A stretch of 64,000 nucleotides of DNA from a virus. Its lineage: Duplodnaviria; Heunggongvirae; Uroviricota; Caudoviricetes. The translations under genes and the position numbers were made by a program. The stretch lies in IMG/VR virus record IMGVR_UViG_3300035210_000190, one strand, 5' to 3'. Each line of letters starts with the position of its first letter. Position 1 is the stretch's first letter. Below, piece by piece: positions 1 through 10,456 of the stretch. The notes under the pieces were generated by a model that did not search any database, was not told the origin of the DNA, and worked only from the letters and a program-made list of their open reading frames with translations.

Positions 1-86
1 GAGATCTTTTTGAAACCGTTGATCTCAATGCGTTGAAAGAAGATATCATGGATCAGAACCTCAAAAGCTTCAATTACGACTGGTGA
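1..86 (+). CDS. 3' end of a hypothetical protein (partial)
   Basis: Frame-3 ORF ...DLNALKEDIMDQNLKSFNYDW* followed by a hairpin/T-run terminator at ~107-137. Confidence 0.6.
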   Translation, partial: DLFETVDLNALKEDIMDQNLKSFNYDW

Positions 87-197
87 TTCGTTTTATTGTT
101 ACACAAGAACCGCTTTCTTTCGTCAGGAGCGGTTTTTCTTGTTTTTGGCTGTTCAATCTAGTATAATGAACTTCTTTAAAGTCAGTAGAGATAAGCG

Positions 198-665
198 ATG
201 GAACTCATTGAAGATTTGACCGAAGAACAAATTATTGCACAAGCTGAGTTGAATAGTCGGCCAGATGATGCACCTTACTATTATATGTATTCCATTCTTC
301 GCACCGATATTCAGATGCTTGAAGGAAAAATGCTGTCTCAATCAGGACATGCGTTTACAGACGCTTTGAAGGCGGCACAGAAGAAGAAGCCAGAAGTTTG
401 TGAACAGTATCGAGCTTGGTGTAATGAACACAGTGATGCGTTTAATGGTGGTGCTAAGGTCAATATGAAAGCTAAAAACAGCTCTCAACTGGTCAAAGCC
501 TATAACTTGGCTCGCCGTGCTGGCCTTCCTTGTGCAATTGTTGTTGATCGTGGTCATATTCACCCACCACATTTCAATGGACAGTTGATTATCACTGCGT
601 TGGGCATTGGCCCTTGCACACAAGATGAAGCTCAGCACATTACTAAACGTTTTACTTGTTTTTAA
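198..665 (+). CDS. pth2: peptidyl-tRNA hydrolase, Pth2 family
   Basis: GKMLSQSGHA (cf. GKxAAQxxHA), IVVDRG and TALGIGP motifs; 155 aa. Confidence 0.85.
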   Translation: MELIEDLTEEQIIAQAELNSRPDDAPYYYMYSILRTDIQMLEGKMLSQSGHAFTDALKAAQKKKPEVCEQYRAWCNEHSDAFNGGAKVNMKAKNSSQLVKAYNLARRAGLPCAIVVDRGHIHPPHFNGQLIITALGIGPCTQDEAQHITKRFTCF

Positions 666-678
666 ACTGAGGTCTATT

Positions 679-1152
679 ATGTCTAATACTGCATTAGTTT
701 GTCAATCCATGCGGGAACAACTGCTTAATCTGGGTGTTTCTGCTCATATTGATAGTATTCCAGCGATTATGCAAATGGCCGTCAATCTTAGCCATATTCG
801 TTGGTTTTTGGATACTTTCGACAATCAACATCCACCACAGCGGCTAACAGAAAAGGGTTTAAAATTTATCAATGAATTGAAAGTTGTTTTTATCAAAAAC
901 CTTGAACATTATGATATTGTTGAAATGGATGATCCAGATCATGAGTGGATGCCATCAATAACATTTTCTAATTCTTCCAACGATGATATTAAGACTTATT
1001 GTATTTCTTATGATATTTTCCAGATTTATAAAGGATCAAAAAATGATACTTTTGATTTAGACTATAATGACCCTTCACAATTTAAAGAGTATGATCGCAC
1101 TGACTTTTCGCATGGGTTCGTCTCTCATTTTAAGAAAGTATTTAAAAATTGA
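679..1152 (+). CDS. hypothetical protein, paralog of 1215..1649
   Basis: RBS gagg before ATG 679; shares DxxHPxxxLTExG, IKNLxxYDxV and FKEYDR with the next ORF. Confidence 0.8.
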   Translation: MSNTALVCQSMREQLLNLGVSAHIDSIPAIMQMAVNLSHIRWFLDTFDNQHPPQRLTEKGLKFINELKVVFIKNLEHYDIVEMDDPDHEWMPSITFSNSSNDDIKTYCISYDIFQIYKGSKNDTFDLDYNDPSQFKEYDRTDFSHGFVSHFKKVFKN

Positions 1153-1214
1153 TAAATACTTGATGTTAATGTTTAACATGATATACTTCAAATACTGTTA
1201 TTTGAGGTATTAAA

Positions 1215-1649
1215 ATGTCCAATGATTTAATTAATAAAGTCATACAAGAAAAACTTTTTCAATCAGGAATATCCATTGAGATTGAACAAGTTCCATCCGT
1301 TATTCAAATAGTCAATAATCTTACAGCCATTCAACAGTTTATTGTTGATATTGATGATAATCATCCTGCCCATGAATTGACTGAGGCTGGTGATAATTTT
1401 TTCACTTCATTAAAAGATATTCTCATTAAAAATTTGGACACTTACGATAAGGTTAGCTATCATGATGTCCATTATGATTTTCAGGCTACTCTCAGTTTTT
1501 ATAATTCGAAGACGAATGAAATTAAATCGTATTCTATGAATTGTACAGTTTTTACAATTTCTCAATATATTAATGGAGATTACCAAAATGGGAAGTTTAA
1601 AGAATATGATCGATCTTTATTTGTAGAAAATTTTGACAGCGGCGATTAA
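1215..1649 (+). CDS. hypothetical protein, paralog of 679..1152
   Basis: RBS gaggt; shared motifs with upstream ORF. Confidence 0.8.
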   Translation: MSNDLINKVIQEKLFQSGISIEIEQVPSVIQIVNNLTAIQQFIVDIDDNHPAHELTEAGDNFFTSLKDILIKNLDTYDKVSYHDVHYDFQATLSFYNSKTNEIKSYSMNCTVFTISQYINGDYQNGKFKEYDRSLFVENFDSGD

Positions 1650-1683
1650 ATAGACAAACAGTGTTATTTTTGAAGCGATATTC

Positions 1684-1712
1684 TTGATTTTTGTCTTAAT
1701 AAGTGTTATTAT
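1684..1712 (+). promoter_or_regulatory. sigma70-like promoter of the SRP RNA
   Basis: TTGATT-17 nt-TATTAT with extended TGn. Confidence 0.65.
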
Positions 1713-1729
1713 CCAAATATTGTCATAAT

Positions 1730-1838
1730 GGGAAACCTCTTCGGCCCTTATAACATTGCATCGAAAACCGAGTCAGGACCGGAAGGTAGCAGCTCTATTG
1801 GTGTTAATGTGTGTAAGTCAGTTTGGAGAGGTTTTCCT
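1730..1838 (+). ncRNA. ffs: bacterial small SRP RNA (4.5S RNA)
   Basis: Domain IV signature GAGU-CAGG-ACC-GGAA-GGU-AGCA-GCUC (1770-1795), A/C-rich asymmetric loop, long rod closed by GGGAAACCUCU/AGAGGUUUUCC, then a T-run. Confidence 0.9.
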
Positions 1839-1964
1839 TTTTTTGCGTTCCGTCATTTTTTATGTAATTTGTGAGCTGTTCCTCTTGTAAGAAAGAATCT
1901 TTTTATTATACTATTTGTATAGAAGTTGAATACCTCAGCTTCTGATGACCTCTACATGGAGTAT

Positions 1965-2249
1965 ATGGATATGACGACATACAAAGAAGGCTCGCTTTAC
2001 AAACTTTCAGTTGACTATTACCACAATATCACACTGCAGTGTACCTATATCGCTGATGGCTTTGTCTACTTTATAGACAATAATAAAGACATCAACTACA
2101 AAAAAAATCTCAAAACTAAAAAACTTTACATGTTCAATGCTCAATACCAGAGTTGGGATACTATTGAAGATTCCATCAAACCTTTGGCTGAAAATGAAGC
2201 GGTAGACAGACCACTGCCACCTAACCATTTTCAATTTCGTGGTGATTGA
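1965..2249 (+). CDS. hypothetical protein
   Basis: ORF with ggag RBS. Confidence 0.6.
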   Translation: MDMTTYKEGSLYKLSVDYYHNITLQCTYIADGFVYFIDNNKDINYKKNLKTKKLYMFNAQYQSWDTIEDSIKPLAENEAVDRPLPPNHFQFRGD

Positions 2250-2347
2250 ATCTAGTTTTTAGGAAAATTTTATGCTATAATCATAAGATATTATTTGGCA
2301 GAGTATTGCTTTTTCTCTAACAGCAAGACGACTATTAAGGTTTTCTT

Positions 2348-3445
2348 ATGATTAACTCACTGCTTACTTTCTTCAAATTCTTGTTGTATAGTGAATCGAA
2401 TTTTTCCGTCAAAAAACTTTATTTAAACAATTATTTTGTATGTGCTAAGAATGGTCTAAACGCCGAAATTAGCATTACTGATCGCGTCATGTTCGTTAAA
2501 GCGTGGTCTACTGTTGATTATGTGGCTTTCTATTATTGCACACCTATGCTTTCAACTGATAATTCAGTTGACGATTTTGTGATTACAAACATTCAAAATT
2601 CCATTATGTTCGCCTTGCCTAAAAAACAATTGATTGAATATTTTGATAGTCATTCTTTATTTTTCAATCGGTTTAGCACCCGTGAATTTCCTGTTATTTT
2701 TGTAGGCGTTAGTTCATCAAATAAATCTGATGATACATACACTTATGATTTCATTCGGTTAAATAGTGTACGCTATCCAATTATTTATTTTACCAAGAAA
2801 AAAATCATTAGAAATGTATTCAAGTATCAATTGAATGCAATTAACAGAAAAGATAAATCCATTGTTAAAAACATTGCCTATTATGTTGGTGATGTATTAG
2901 TTTACCTTTCAGACATTGATTCTTTTTATAAGAGCAACGTCACAAAGGAATCTGCACAGAAGATGCGTTTTGGCTGGATGTCCGGGGCTTATTCAAATTA
3001 TGTCGATGATCAATCACAACAACCCGTAGTTGGCTTTCAAAACCAACTTTTTGAACATAATGAGATTGGAACCAAGCATCTTAATCTTAACAAAATTCAT
3101 ATGCTTAAAACAAAAAAAGATCAGTTCTGTCTTTTTACTAAAAATAAAAAACAATTACTGTTAAGTTACGTTGAGCTTTTTAATGTTAATGGTCAGACTA
3201 CTGTCAATTTAACGACATTAAGTTATTCAAAAGGCCGAGTGAATAAAAAGATTAAACCTGTTGATTTTGATATTGTAAAACAACATGAAATGGATATCAG
3301 TACAGGCGTGATGATGCATATTGACACATTTAAGTTAACACATCCTTCTGAGAACATTATTAATAGTCTGCATAAATTTGATATATCAACGAAACTACCA
3401 CTTAATCCTGATGACTTATTGATTCTAGATATGTGTCAGGTATGA
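2348..3445 (+). CDS. hypothetical protein, paralog family A (C-terminal MxxPhi tag)
   Basis: Shares YCTP, IYFTKKK and PLNPDDL with 4528..5673 and 5750..6820; ends LDMCQV. Confidence 0.85.
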   Translation: MINSLLTFFKFLLYSESNFSVKKLYLNNYFVCAKNGLNAEISITDRVMFVKAWSTVDYVAFYYCTPMLSTDNSVDDFVITNIQNSIMFALPKKQLIEYFDSHSLFFNRFSTREFPVIFVGVSSSNKSDDTYTYDFIRLNSVRYPIIYFTKKKIIRNVFKYQLNAINRKDKSIVKNIAYYVGDVLVYLSDIDSFYKSNVTKESAQKMRFGWMSGAYSNYVDDQSQQPVVGFQNQLFEHNEIGTKHLNLNKIHMLKTKKDQFCLFTKNKKQLLLSYVELFNVNGQTTVNLTTLSYSKGRVNKKIKPVDFDIVKQHEMDISTGVMMHIDTFKLTHPSENIINSLHKFDISTKLPLNPDDLLILDMCQV

Positions 3446-3516
3446 TAACGGTGTCATTTTGACAACATCATATTTTAAATGGTATAATAGTATTAACAAT
3501 AATAATAATAAAAATT

Positions 3517-4431
3517 ATGAAAAAATCACTATTGCCATTTTTAATGGTTTCTTTACTTCCCACTTTTGTCAATGCAGCCTATCAAGTTCAATATAGTCAA
3601 CAACAGATAAATGGCGAAAATATTAGGTTTGTGAGTCAATCAAAATGGTTAACAACTACCCCCCTTATTTCGGAATGGGGTAATGATGGTGATGTTTTTG
3701 GCTGCTCTGCTTGGTCACCATTACCCAATACTGTGAGCTATGGAACATCATTTCAACAATCAGCCAATGATTGTCAGCAAAAACAAAAAAGAACTATTCA
3801 ACAAAGAGAACAGAATGATACATCACATGCTTATAGAGATGTGGGTGTTGCCACTGTAGAGACAAAAACCTTAACTGGGCAATACGGTTCTCAGTCATCC
3901 GTAGGCACTTTGGTTAAATGGATACCAGCTTCCCCCATTGTTTCTGATTGGGTCAATAGTGGTGCTCCAACAGGATGTGTTAATTGGACACCTGATCCAT
4001 CAACAATTACTACTGGTGTAGTATTTACACAAAATGCTACTGACTGTAATCAGCTACAAACAAGAACAGTTCAGAATAGAGAACAAAATGATGTCACACA
4101 AGAATACAGAAATGTTGGCACACCTACAACAGAAAATAAAACATTAACGAATCAACCACATAGCCGTCAATCTACAGGTACAAAGACACTTGATGAATGT
4201 TCATATGTTTATGGAAGTACAACCGTAATGTCAGCATGGATTGATAATGATGCAAATAAAAACATTGAAATCTGGTGGAAAGGTACTAAAATTATTGCGA
4301 CTACATCTAATGTTACGACTTATACGACAGGTGGATTTAAGTATCAAAGAACGGGTGCTTATATGAGAAGAGATGCTATGAACTCTAGTAACTGGTATCG
4401 TTACTACCAAATATGTAGAAGCCCTATCTAA
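3517..4431 (+). CDS. secreted Cys/Trp repeat protein (adhesin-like)
   Basis: Signal peptide; two ~90 aa repeats (W..GC..W.P.P.T...G..F.Q....DC.Q.Q.RT.Q.REQND). Confidence 0.8.
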   Translation: MKKSLLPFLMVSLLPTFVNAAYQVQYSQQQINGENIRFVSQSKWLTTTPLISEWGNDGDVFGCSAWSPLPNTVSYGTSFQQSANDCQQKQKRTIQQREQNDTSHAYRDVGVATVETKTLTGQYGSQSSVGTLVKWIPASPIVSDWVNSGAPTGCVNWTPDPSTITTGVVFTQNATDCNQLQTRTVQNREQNDVTQEYRNVGTPTTENKTLTNQPHSRQSTGTKTLDECSYVYGSTTVMSAWIDNDANKNIEIWWKGTKIIATTSNVTTYTTGGFKYQRTGAYMRRDAMNSSNWYRYYQICRSPI

Positions 4432-4527
4432 TGTTAGTTAAGATAAAAAGAGATTTTAGGATCTCTTTTTTGTTGCCTAAAATTGGTCTATTTGGTATAA
4501 TCGAACAAATTTTGATGGGTGAAAATT

Positions 4528-5673
4528 ATGTTCTATACAATTCTCAAAGCCTTTGGTTTCGCCATCTACAGCGAAAAAGACTTTTTCATCTCTAAAAAAG
4601 ATGACACTCATTTCAAAGTTATTGCAAAAAGTGGTTTATCAGCGAATGTCGAAATTACTGACAATACTATGTTTGTTGACCTTTTCGATCAATCCAAAGA
4701 GAATGTAGGTTATTATTGTACGCCACGGACTGACGCAGTGCTTTCTGTTGAAAATTTCGTTATTAAAAATATTCAAGACAGCATATTATTTACATTATCT
4801 AAAAAGGATCTTGTGGACTATCTTCGAACCTATAACACGTTGTTTAAAGAGGTTCGCAATATTTATATGCTCGTGAGTTATCTTGAAACTGACAATGCTG
4901 ATCTGCATTCAAAACGACTTAATAATGGTTATTTGTATAAGCATACTGAACATAATAAAGTTCATTATTCACATGTTTATTTCACAAAGAAAAAAGTTAT
5001 CAAAAACATAGTGCGATATAGTTTTCATATGACATCATTGCAGTCATTTGATAAGCATGAAGCCTCTCACGCCTATCTCATTGGTGACACTTTTTTTGAT
5101 GTGTGTAATATGGAGCAATTTATTAAATCAACGGCTGACGCTTCATTGGCTCATTATAGTTTTGATTCGACACACATTTCATATGGTATTAACAATCAAT
5201 TGAATGACCATTACCAGACTTACAAAGCGAATATTGATTTGAACAAAGTGGCAATCCTTAAACGTAAAAATAAAGACTATTGTTTGATGACAAAAAATAA
5301 AAGAAAAATTACATTACGTTATCTCACTGATTTTAATGTTAGGTATGCAGTGCTTGAAAAAGATCCGAGCTACAGCTCTGAGCGTGCGGAATTTAAAGGC
5401 AACGAAGTTCCAGTGTATAGGTATAAAGATAAAAAAATGATCACCTATACTTATTTCAATGGTCAACTACAATCAACCTCTAAAAGTTTTTCAGTTGATG
5501 AAGCTATTGAGCATGAGATTTCCATTAGCAATAGGTTAATGAATAATTTAGATTCGCTACGATTAAAATATCCATCTGACCAACTTATTCGTAAACTTCA
5601 AGATTTGGGGTTATCTTACGAAGCACCTTTAAATCCAGATGATCTATGTGTTTTGGCTATGATTGATATTTAG
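4528..5673 (+). CDS. hypothetical protein, paralog family A
   Basis: Paralog motifs; ends LAMIDI. Confidence 0.85.
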   Translation: MFYTILKAFGFAIYSEKDFFISKKDDTHFKVIAKSGLSANVEITDNTMFVDLFDQSKENVGYYCTPRTDAVLSVENFVIKNIQDSILFTLSKKDLVDYLRTYNTLFKEVRNIYMLVSYLETDNADLHSKRLNNGYLYKHTEHNKVHYSHVYFTKKKVIKNIVRYSFHMTSLQSFDKHEASHAYLIGDTFFDVCNMEQFIKSTADASLAHYSFDSTHISYGINNQLNDHYQTYKANIDLNKVAILKRKNKDYCLMTKNKRKITLRYLTDFNVRYAVLEKDPSYSSERAEFKGNEVPVYRYKDKKMITYTYFNGQLQSTSKSFSVDEAIEHEISISNRLMNNLDSLRLKYPSDQLIRKLQDLGLSYEAPLNPDDLCVLAMIDI

Positions 5674-5695
5674 ACCACCTTTGGGTGGTTTTTTA
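5672..5695 (+). terminator. intrinsic terminator
   Basis: accacc-tttg-ggtggt plus T-run; near-identical copy at ~6821-6840. Confidence 0.75.
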
Positions 5696-5749
5696 TTGCC
5701 TAATTCGGCTGACTTTGCTATACTTATGAAAATTTAATGGGACTTTATA

Positions 5750-6820
5750 ATGTTCACTAAAATACTAGAAATGTTGAAGCCGACTGTCTATAAAGATAAA
5801 TATTTTATTATCAAGAAAGATGATGAATTTTCTTATTCAATTAAAGCTACAAATGGACTTTATGGCACTATTAGTGTTTCGAATAACATTATGTTTGTTG
5901 ATATTTTTGTAGAACCAAAGCAATTTTTGACAAGATATTCAACTTCATTGACTGATGCCACAGTGTCCCTTGAAGATGCCATGATTTTGCATATTGGGAA
6001 CAATATTCTTTTTAAAGTAAAAGAAGGCTATGTTGATTCAATTATTCGGAACAATTATTCTTTTTTTAGGAATGTTCTAATTTCTGAACATATTTTTTCA
6101 CCTGAGTTATGGTCTGGTTCTCGCTTTGAAAAGTTTTACTACCCACATATAGTTTTTTCGAAAAAGAAAGTGGTAAAAAGTATTTACAGATACAGCTTCA
6201 AAGCTGTAAATTTGAAGGATCTTGATACATCTATTTCTCAATATTACATGATTGGTGAATATTTTTTTGCTATTTCTAATTTAAAAAACTATCTTGATCT
6301 GGTTATTGATAGTTCAAAGTTTGGTGCTCTAGTTTCATTAGGGATTGACAATCAATTAACTGAGGAAATTCCACTTTATAAAAAATATTTAAATACCTCT
6401 AATGTGTTGATGTTGAGCCGAAGCAGTGTCAGCTATTGCCATATCAAAAGAGAACGTAGAAAACTGATGATAGTCTATTTTGATAATTTTCATGATCGAT
6501 CAGCAGAACGCAAAGTAGATTCGTCATTCATTAAATTTATAAACATTTTAAAGTATGGCAAACAGTTTTATAGAATTAGCCGTATGGTGTCAGTCACTTG
6601 GCATAAAGGCAAAGTAACAACAAAGCAATCTTTATTTGATCAAGTTCTTGCAAAAAAACATGAAAAAGATGTTAGCAATATGGTGAAAGATGAATTTGAT
6701 GTTTTGCAACTCAAACACCCATCAAAAACCATCTTAAACACTCTTTCTGAACTTGGCTTGCCGGATTCTTTGCCTTTGTCTCGTGAAACCCTTACAGTAG
6801 TGGATATGTATCAGATTTAA
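5750..6820 (+). CDS. hypothetical protein, paralog family A
   Basis: Paralog motifs; ends VDMYQI. Confidence 0.85.
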   Translation: MFTKILEMLKPTVYKDKYFIIKKDDEFSYSIKATNGLYGTISVSNNIMFVDIFVEPKQFLTRYSTSLTDATVSLEDAMILHIGNNILFKVKEGYVDSIIRNNYSFFRNVLISEHIFSPELWSGSRFEKFYYPHIVFSKKKVVKSIYRYSFKAVNLKDLDTSISQYYMIGEYFFAISNLKNYLDLVIDSSKFGALVSLGIDNQLTEEIPLYKKYLNTSNVLMLSRSSVSYCHIKRERRKLMIVYFDNFHDRSAERKVDSSFIKFINILKYGKQFYRISRMVSVTWHKGKVTTKQSLFDQVLAKKHEKDVSNMVKDEFDVLQLKHPSKTILNTLSELGLPDSLPLSRETLTVVDMYQI

Positions 6821-6897
6821 GACCACCTTCGGGTGGTTTTCTCATTGCCGTTGTTTGCTTAATATGATATAATACATGTCTTAACAGACAGCTTATT

Positions 6898-7326
6898 ATG
6901 AGGCATTCCATGATCCGTCTTGCCACTGAACATGATTTAACGGACATTAAACGTATCGCCAACCAGAACAGAGAGTTTATTGGCTTTGTGATGAAAGTTG
7001 CGTTGATGGAAGCTATTCAGAAAAAGTCTCTTTTTGTATTTGAAGATCTGTCTGGTGTGGTTGGTTTTGTTCACTACCATCCCCGTAAAGATGGCTGGCA
7101 TACTGTCCATGAGCTTGCTGTTGCGAAAAATCTTCATTCCAAAGGTGTCGGACAACAATTGTTTGATAGTGTCCCATTGCCTATTAGATTGAAAACCACC
7201 GAAGACAATGTAAAAGCATTACGTTTCTATGCTAAGAATGGCATGACCATTGTCGGTATAGAAAACGGAAAGAAGAGAAAGTTGACTGTTTTAGAAAAAT
7301 ACACTGGAGAAATTAAACATGAGTGA
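6898..7326 (+). CDS. GNAT family N-acetyltransferase
   Basis: IRLATEHDL start; LAVAKNLHSKGVGQQL acetyl-CoA motif; NVKALRFYAKNGM. Confidence 0.85.
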   Translation: MRHSMIRLATEHDLTDIKRIANQNREFIGFVMKVALMEAIQKKSLFVFEDLSGVVGFVHYHPRKDGWHTVHELAVAKNLHSKGVGQQLFDSVPLPIRLKTTEDNVKALRFYAKNGMTIVGIENGKKRKLTVLEKYTGEIKHE

Positions 7327-7531
7327 TATTCCTGATTTTGTTGTAGCTTGTTTATCTGAACTGGCTGATGACCAAATTGTTTACAAAACAACCGAAGCTC
7401 AATATACCAAACAGCAGTTGATGCAAGAAGTTGCACAAAAAACCACTGTTGGTAAGATTTATTGTTCCGAACTGTTTCGTGTTGCCCGTGACCTTATTGT
7501 CAGAAAGAAAGCAAAAGAAAACGTTGAATAA
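7319..7531 (+). CDS. hypothetical protein
   Basis: ggag RBS, coupled to upstream gene. Confidence 0.7.
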   Translation: MSDIPDFVVACLSELADDQIVYKTTEAQYTKQQLMQEVAQKTTVGKIYCSELFRVARDLIVRKKAKENVE

Positions 7532-7557
7532 CAAAACAACATATAGGAGAATTAACT

Positions 7558-7872
7558 ATGTTACTTTTTCATGGCACCAGTGCCACCAACCTTTCTGATA
7601 TTTTGTCTTCTGGCGTTAATGCTGAATCTTATTGGGGCACTTTGGAACAAGCTCGTAGTTTTTCGAACAGTTTTGATGATGGCATTATTCTTCAAGCTGA
7701 CATTGATGAAAATGATCTCAGAGCCAGTATTTTGATGGCTGAAAGTCTCTATGATTCAGGTGATCTTGATGAAATCCCTGATGAAGATGATATTGATTTT
7801 TCTATTGAGAATTTAGGCGGTTGTGTCTGTTTGATTGCCATTAATGACTTCTCAGTGGTTGTTCAAGAGTGA
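7558..7872 (+). CDS. small acidic protein, possible ADP-ribosyltransferase-like fold
   Basis: LFHGTS...I...G N-terminus typical of ART/Tpt1-like phage proteins. Confidence 0.5.
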   Translation: MLLFHGTSATNLSDILSSGVNAESYWGTLEQARSFSNSFDDGIILQADIDENDLRASILMAESLYDSGDLDEIPDEDDIDFSIENLGGCVCLIAINDFSVVVQE

Positions 7873-7918
7873 TGGTTGTGGTATAATCCTTCAACTTAAG
7901 TAAACAAAGGTATTTCTT

Positions 7919-8233
7919 ATGTCTTCTCGTGCGGCTTCTGATGTTATTCGTGGCAATAACAATATTATTCGAGCTTCTATTTTGATGCTGAAACTCGACC
8001 CTAAGTATCGGATGACGACTGCCATGATCGATTCTATTATCAGTGTTTTGCAAACTGCCGAGAATACTTTTAAGGAAGAACCCAGTATTGATCTGGTAGG
8101 GGCTTACGCTGAAACTGTTGATTTGGTGTCTCAGGTGTTGATTCGGCATGAAATGCACCATATGGCTCAAATGATTGTCGATAACAGTGAAATCATTAAA
8201 AAAGAAGGCTTGAAATCACTATTTAGTGCTTAA
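7919..8233 (+). CDS. hypothetical protein
   Basis: Promoter TGGTATAAT and RBS aagg. Confidence 0.7.
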   Translation: MSSRAASDVIRGNNNIIRASILMLKLDPKYRMTTAMIDSIISVLQTAENTFKEEPSIDLVGAYAETVDLVSQVLIRHEMHHMAQMIVDNSEIIKKEGLKSLFSA

Positions 8234-8288
8234 CTTCCAGCCATTTTATGCTATAATACACCTATCAAACACACACAGGAACGAATAG

Positions 8289-8723
8289 ATGAAAACTCCA
8301 ATTGACGCCCCACGCAGCAAAGTGATGGTTGGTTTGAACATTATTGGTGCTTGGCATCATCATATTGACATGTTCATCACAGGTCAGGCGGATCTTGAAC
8401 TTCGTTGTGCATTGTTCCACAGCCGCGAACAACGGGCACCCGAATATGAAGAAGAGCTTCAAACCCCAGAAGTAGATGCAGATTTGGAACGCTTGAAATC
8501 TCAAATCAAAGCCTACGCAGTTGAAGCCATTAACCGTGGGATTGAAGCTGAAAAACGTCAACTAAAATCAAACGTTGAAAAATCGTTTGTCGGCATGAAC
8601 CAAAAAGACCCAGCAGGTAGTGTGAAAGAGTTGGCTGCTCATTATGGTGTGACCATCAGCGAATATCGTAAGCTGAAACGTGAAGGTCGTTTGGATGAAC
8701 TGAAAAAACCTGTCACTGAATAA
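8289..8723 (+). CDS. hypothetical protein with possible C-terminal HTH
   Basis: SVKELAAHYGVTISEYRKLK. Confidence 0.7.
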   Translation: MKTPIDAPRSKVMVGLNIIGAWHHHIDMFITGQADLELRCALFHSREQRAPEYEEELQTPEVDADLERLKSQIKAYAVEAINRGIEAEKRQLKSNVEKSFVGMNQKDPAGSVKELAAHYGVTISEYRKLKREGRLDELKKPVTE

Positions 8724-8791
8724 TCTTCTTTTCTCTAATCAAAAAAACCAAGGACATCGAAATCCTTGGTTTTTCTACTTGAGTTTCTTGA

Positions 8792-9376
8792 TTATTCGTT
8801 ATATTTATATTTTTCAATATAATTGAATGAGAAATTTTGATCGTCCGCTTCTTTGGCTCGTTGAATTTCTTCTTTGATGTTTTCAATGAACTCACCAAAT
8901 GTTGGTTTTTGAAAGGCCAACTCTTCTTCATCCGACCAGATAACAAAAACGCCCTTTCCGTCTTCTCTTAAATCCATGACCACATAAGCATCATTGTCAG
9001 ATAGCAATGGAATGATGTGGTTACAATCTTCTTCTGATAATAAATCTGGTCTTTCTTCTATTATTTGAAAATTTATAATGTCAAAGTCTTTGGCGAGTGA
9101 AATATCTTCTAATTGAAACCATTCACCATCTACAACCTGCAGACCATCATACGCCTTAAAAAACTCAACAAAATCATCTGGTAGTTTATATCCAATCCTT
9201 TCTTCCAGTAACTTTATTCTGTTTTCAAAGATGAAATAATATTCAATGTCCAAATCAGGATTTTTTTGGAATTCTTCTAAAATGAACATTTTATATTCAT
9301 GCGAAACTATTATTCCAAGATCACGTCCTCTAGCTTCTAGATTTCTTAAAAAGGTGAAGTCTTCATTACTGGTCAT
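8792..9376 (-). CDS. SMI1/KNR4 (SUKH) family protein
   Basis: IKLLEERIGYKLPDDFVEFFKAYDG, YVVMDL, TFGEFIE; start at RBS gggag. Confidence 0.8.
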   Translation of the reverse strand: MTSNEDFTFLRNLEARGRDLGIIVSHEYKMFILEEFQKNPDLDIEYYFIFENRIKLLEERIGYKLPDDFVEFFKAYDGLQVVDGEWFQLEDISLAKDFDIINFQIIEERPDLLSEEDCNHIIPLLSDNDAYVVMDLREDGKGVFVIWSDEEELAFQKPTFGEFIENIKEEIQRAKEADDQNFSFNYIEKYKYNE

Positions 9377-9569
9377 ATGCACACTCCCATTAATTCTTTT
9401 AATTGCTTGCTTTATCATATCATAGATCTCTAATAATACAATGTCATCTATCATTTCAGCGTTTTTGTGTCAACCTTATTTACCTTAAAACATTTATAAA
9501 AAATAGAAAAATATTGACTTTTTTGTTGATTTATTCTATAATATATGATCGATAAAAACAGGAGATAAT

Positions 9570-9953
9570 ATGCTACCATACCGAAATAAACGAATTGTTT
9601 CTCTTTCAGATTGGGATAGTTTAGTGATAGAAACTTACGGAAAACCTTATTCTTTTCAGCAACAGGATGGTTGTCAATCAAGAGGTAGTTTCAAAATTAG
9701 TATACCAGATGGTGCTGATGATTACGAGAATGATACTGTTCCAGAAGAAGTCAATGGCGATGAAATGGGCGTTAGTTTTAAAGCATGGTTAGAGCGTCAT
9801 CCCAAAGAATGGAATGGCAATGAAGAAGATAAACGTTTTCTTAATATGTATTGGGAACGAAATTTTTATCCGAATATACAAATGATTGCCAATGATTTAC
9901 ATGAAAAAGGTTTGATTGAAGCCGGTGATTACGTCATTGAAATTGATTGGTAA
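9570..9953 (+). CDS. hypothetical protein, tandem paralog
   Basis: Highly similar to 9969..10346 (WD.LVIETYGKPY.FQQQDGC, WERNFYP, IDW*). Confidence 0.85.
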   Translation: MLPYRNKRIVSLSDWDSLVIETYGKPYSFQQQDGCQSRGSFKISIPDGADDYENDTVPEEVNGDEMGVSFKAWLERHPKEWNGNEEDKRFLNMYWERNFYPNIQMIANDLHEKGLIEAGDYVIEIDW

Positions 9954-9968
9954 CAATAGGAGTTAATT

Positions 9969-10346
9969 ATGTCAGCGGAACCAAAATACATTACCCTAGA
10001 AGAATGGGATGATTTAGTCATAGAAACTTATGGCAAACCGTATGCTTTCCAGCAACAGGATGGTTGTAAGTCAAGAGGAAAATGTAGGCTTCGAATCCCT
10101 TCACATGCTGAAGATTACGAAAATACCGCTATTCCTGAGAGGATTAATGGTTATGGGATGGGTGTTAGTTTTTCATCATGGTTAGATCGTCATCCGAAAG
10201 AATGGAATGGCAATGAGGAAAAAAAATATTTAATTGATATGTTTTGGGAGCGAAATTTTTACCCACATGTACAAATGCTTGCTAATGATTTACATGAGAA
10301 AGGATTGCTTGAAGCAGGTCAATATGTGATTGTAATTGATTGGTGA
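9969..10346 (+). CDS. hypothetical protein, tandem paralog
   Basis: Paralog of 9570..9953. Confidence 0.85.
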   Translation: MSAEPKYITLEEWDDLVIETYGKPYAFQQQDGCKSRGKCRLRIPSHAEDYENTAIPERINGYGMGVSFSSWLDRHPKEWNGNEEKKYLIDMFWERNFYPHVQMLANDLHEKGLLEAGQYVIVIDW

Positions 10347-10427
10347 TTTAAAATTGATATTTTTTTATAAAGCTTAATTTCGATTAAGCTTTTTTGTTTT
10401 TATCATGGAAAATGTTGAAAAAATAGC

Positions 10428-10456
10428 TTGACGGTACTGATGGTTTTCTTTATAAT
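10428..10456 (+). promoter_or_regulatory. strong sigma70-like promoter for the tRNA cluster
   Basis: TTGACG-17 nt-TATAAT. Confidence 0.75.
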
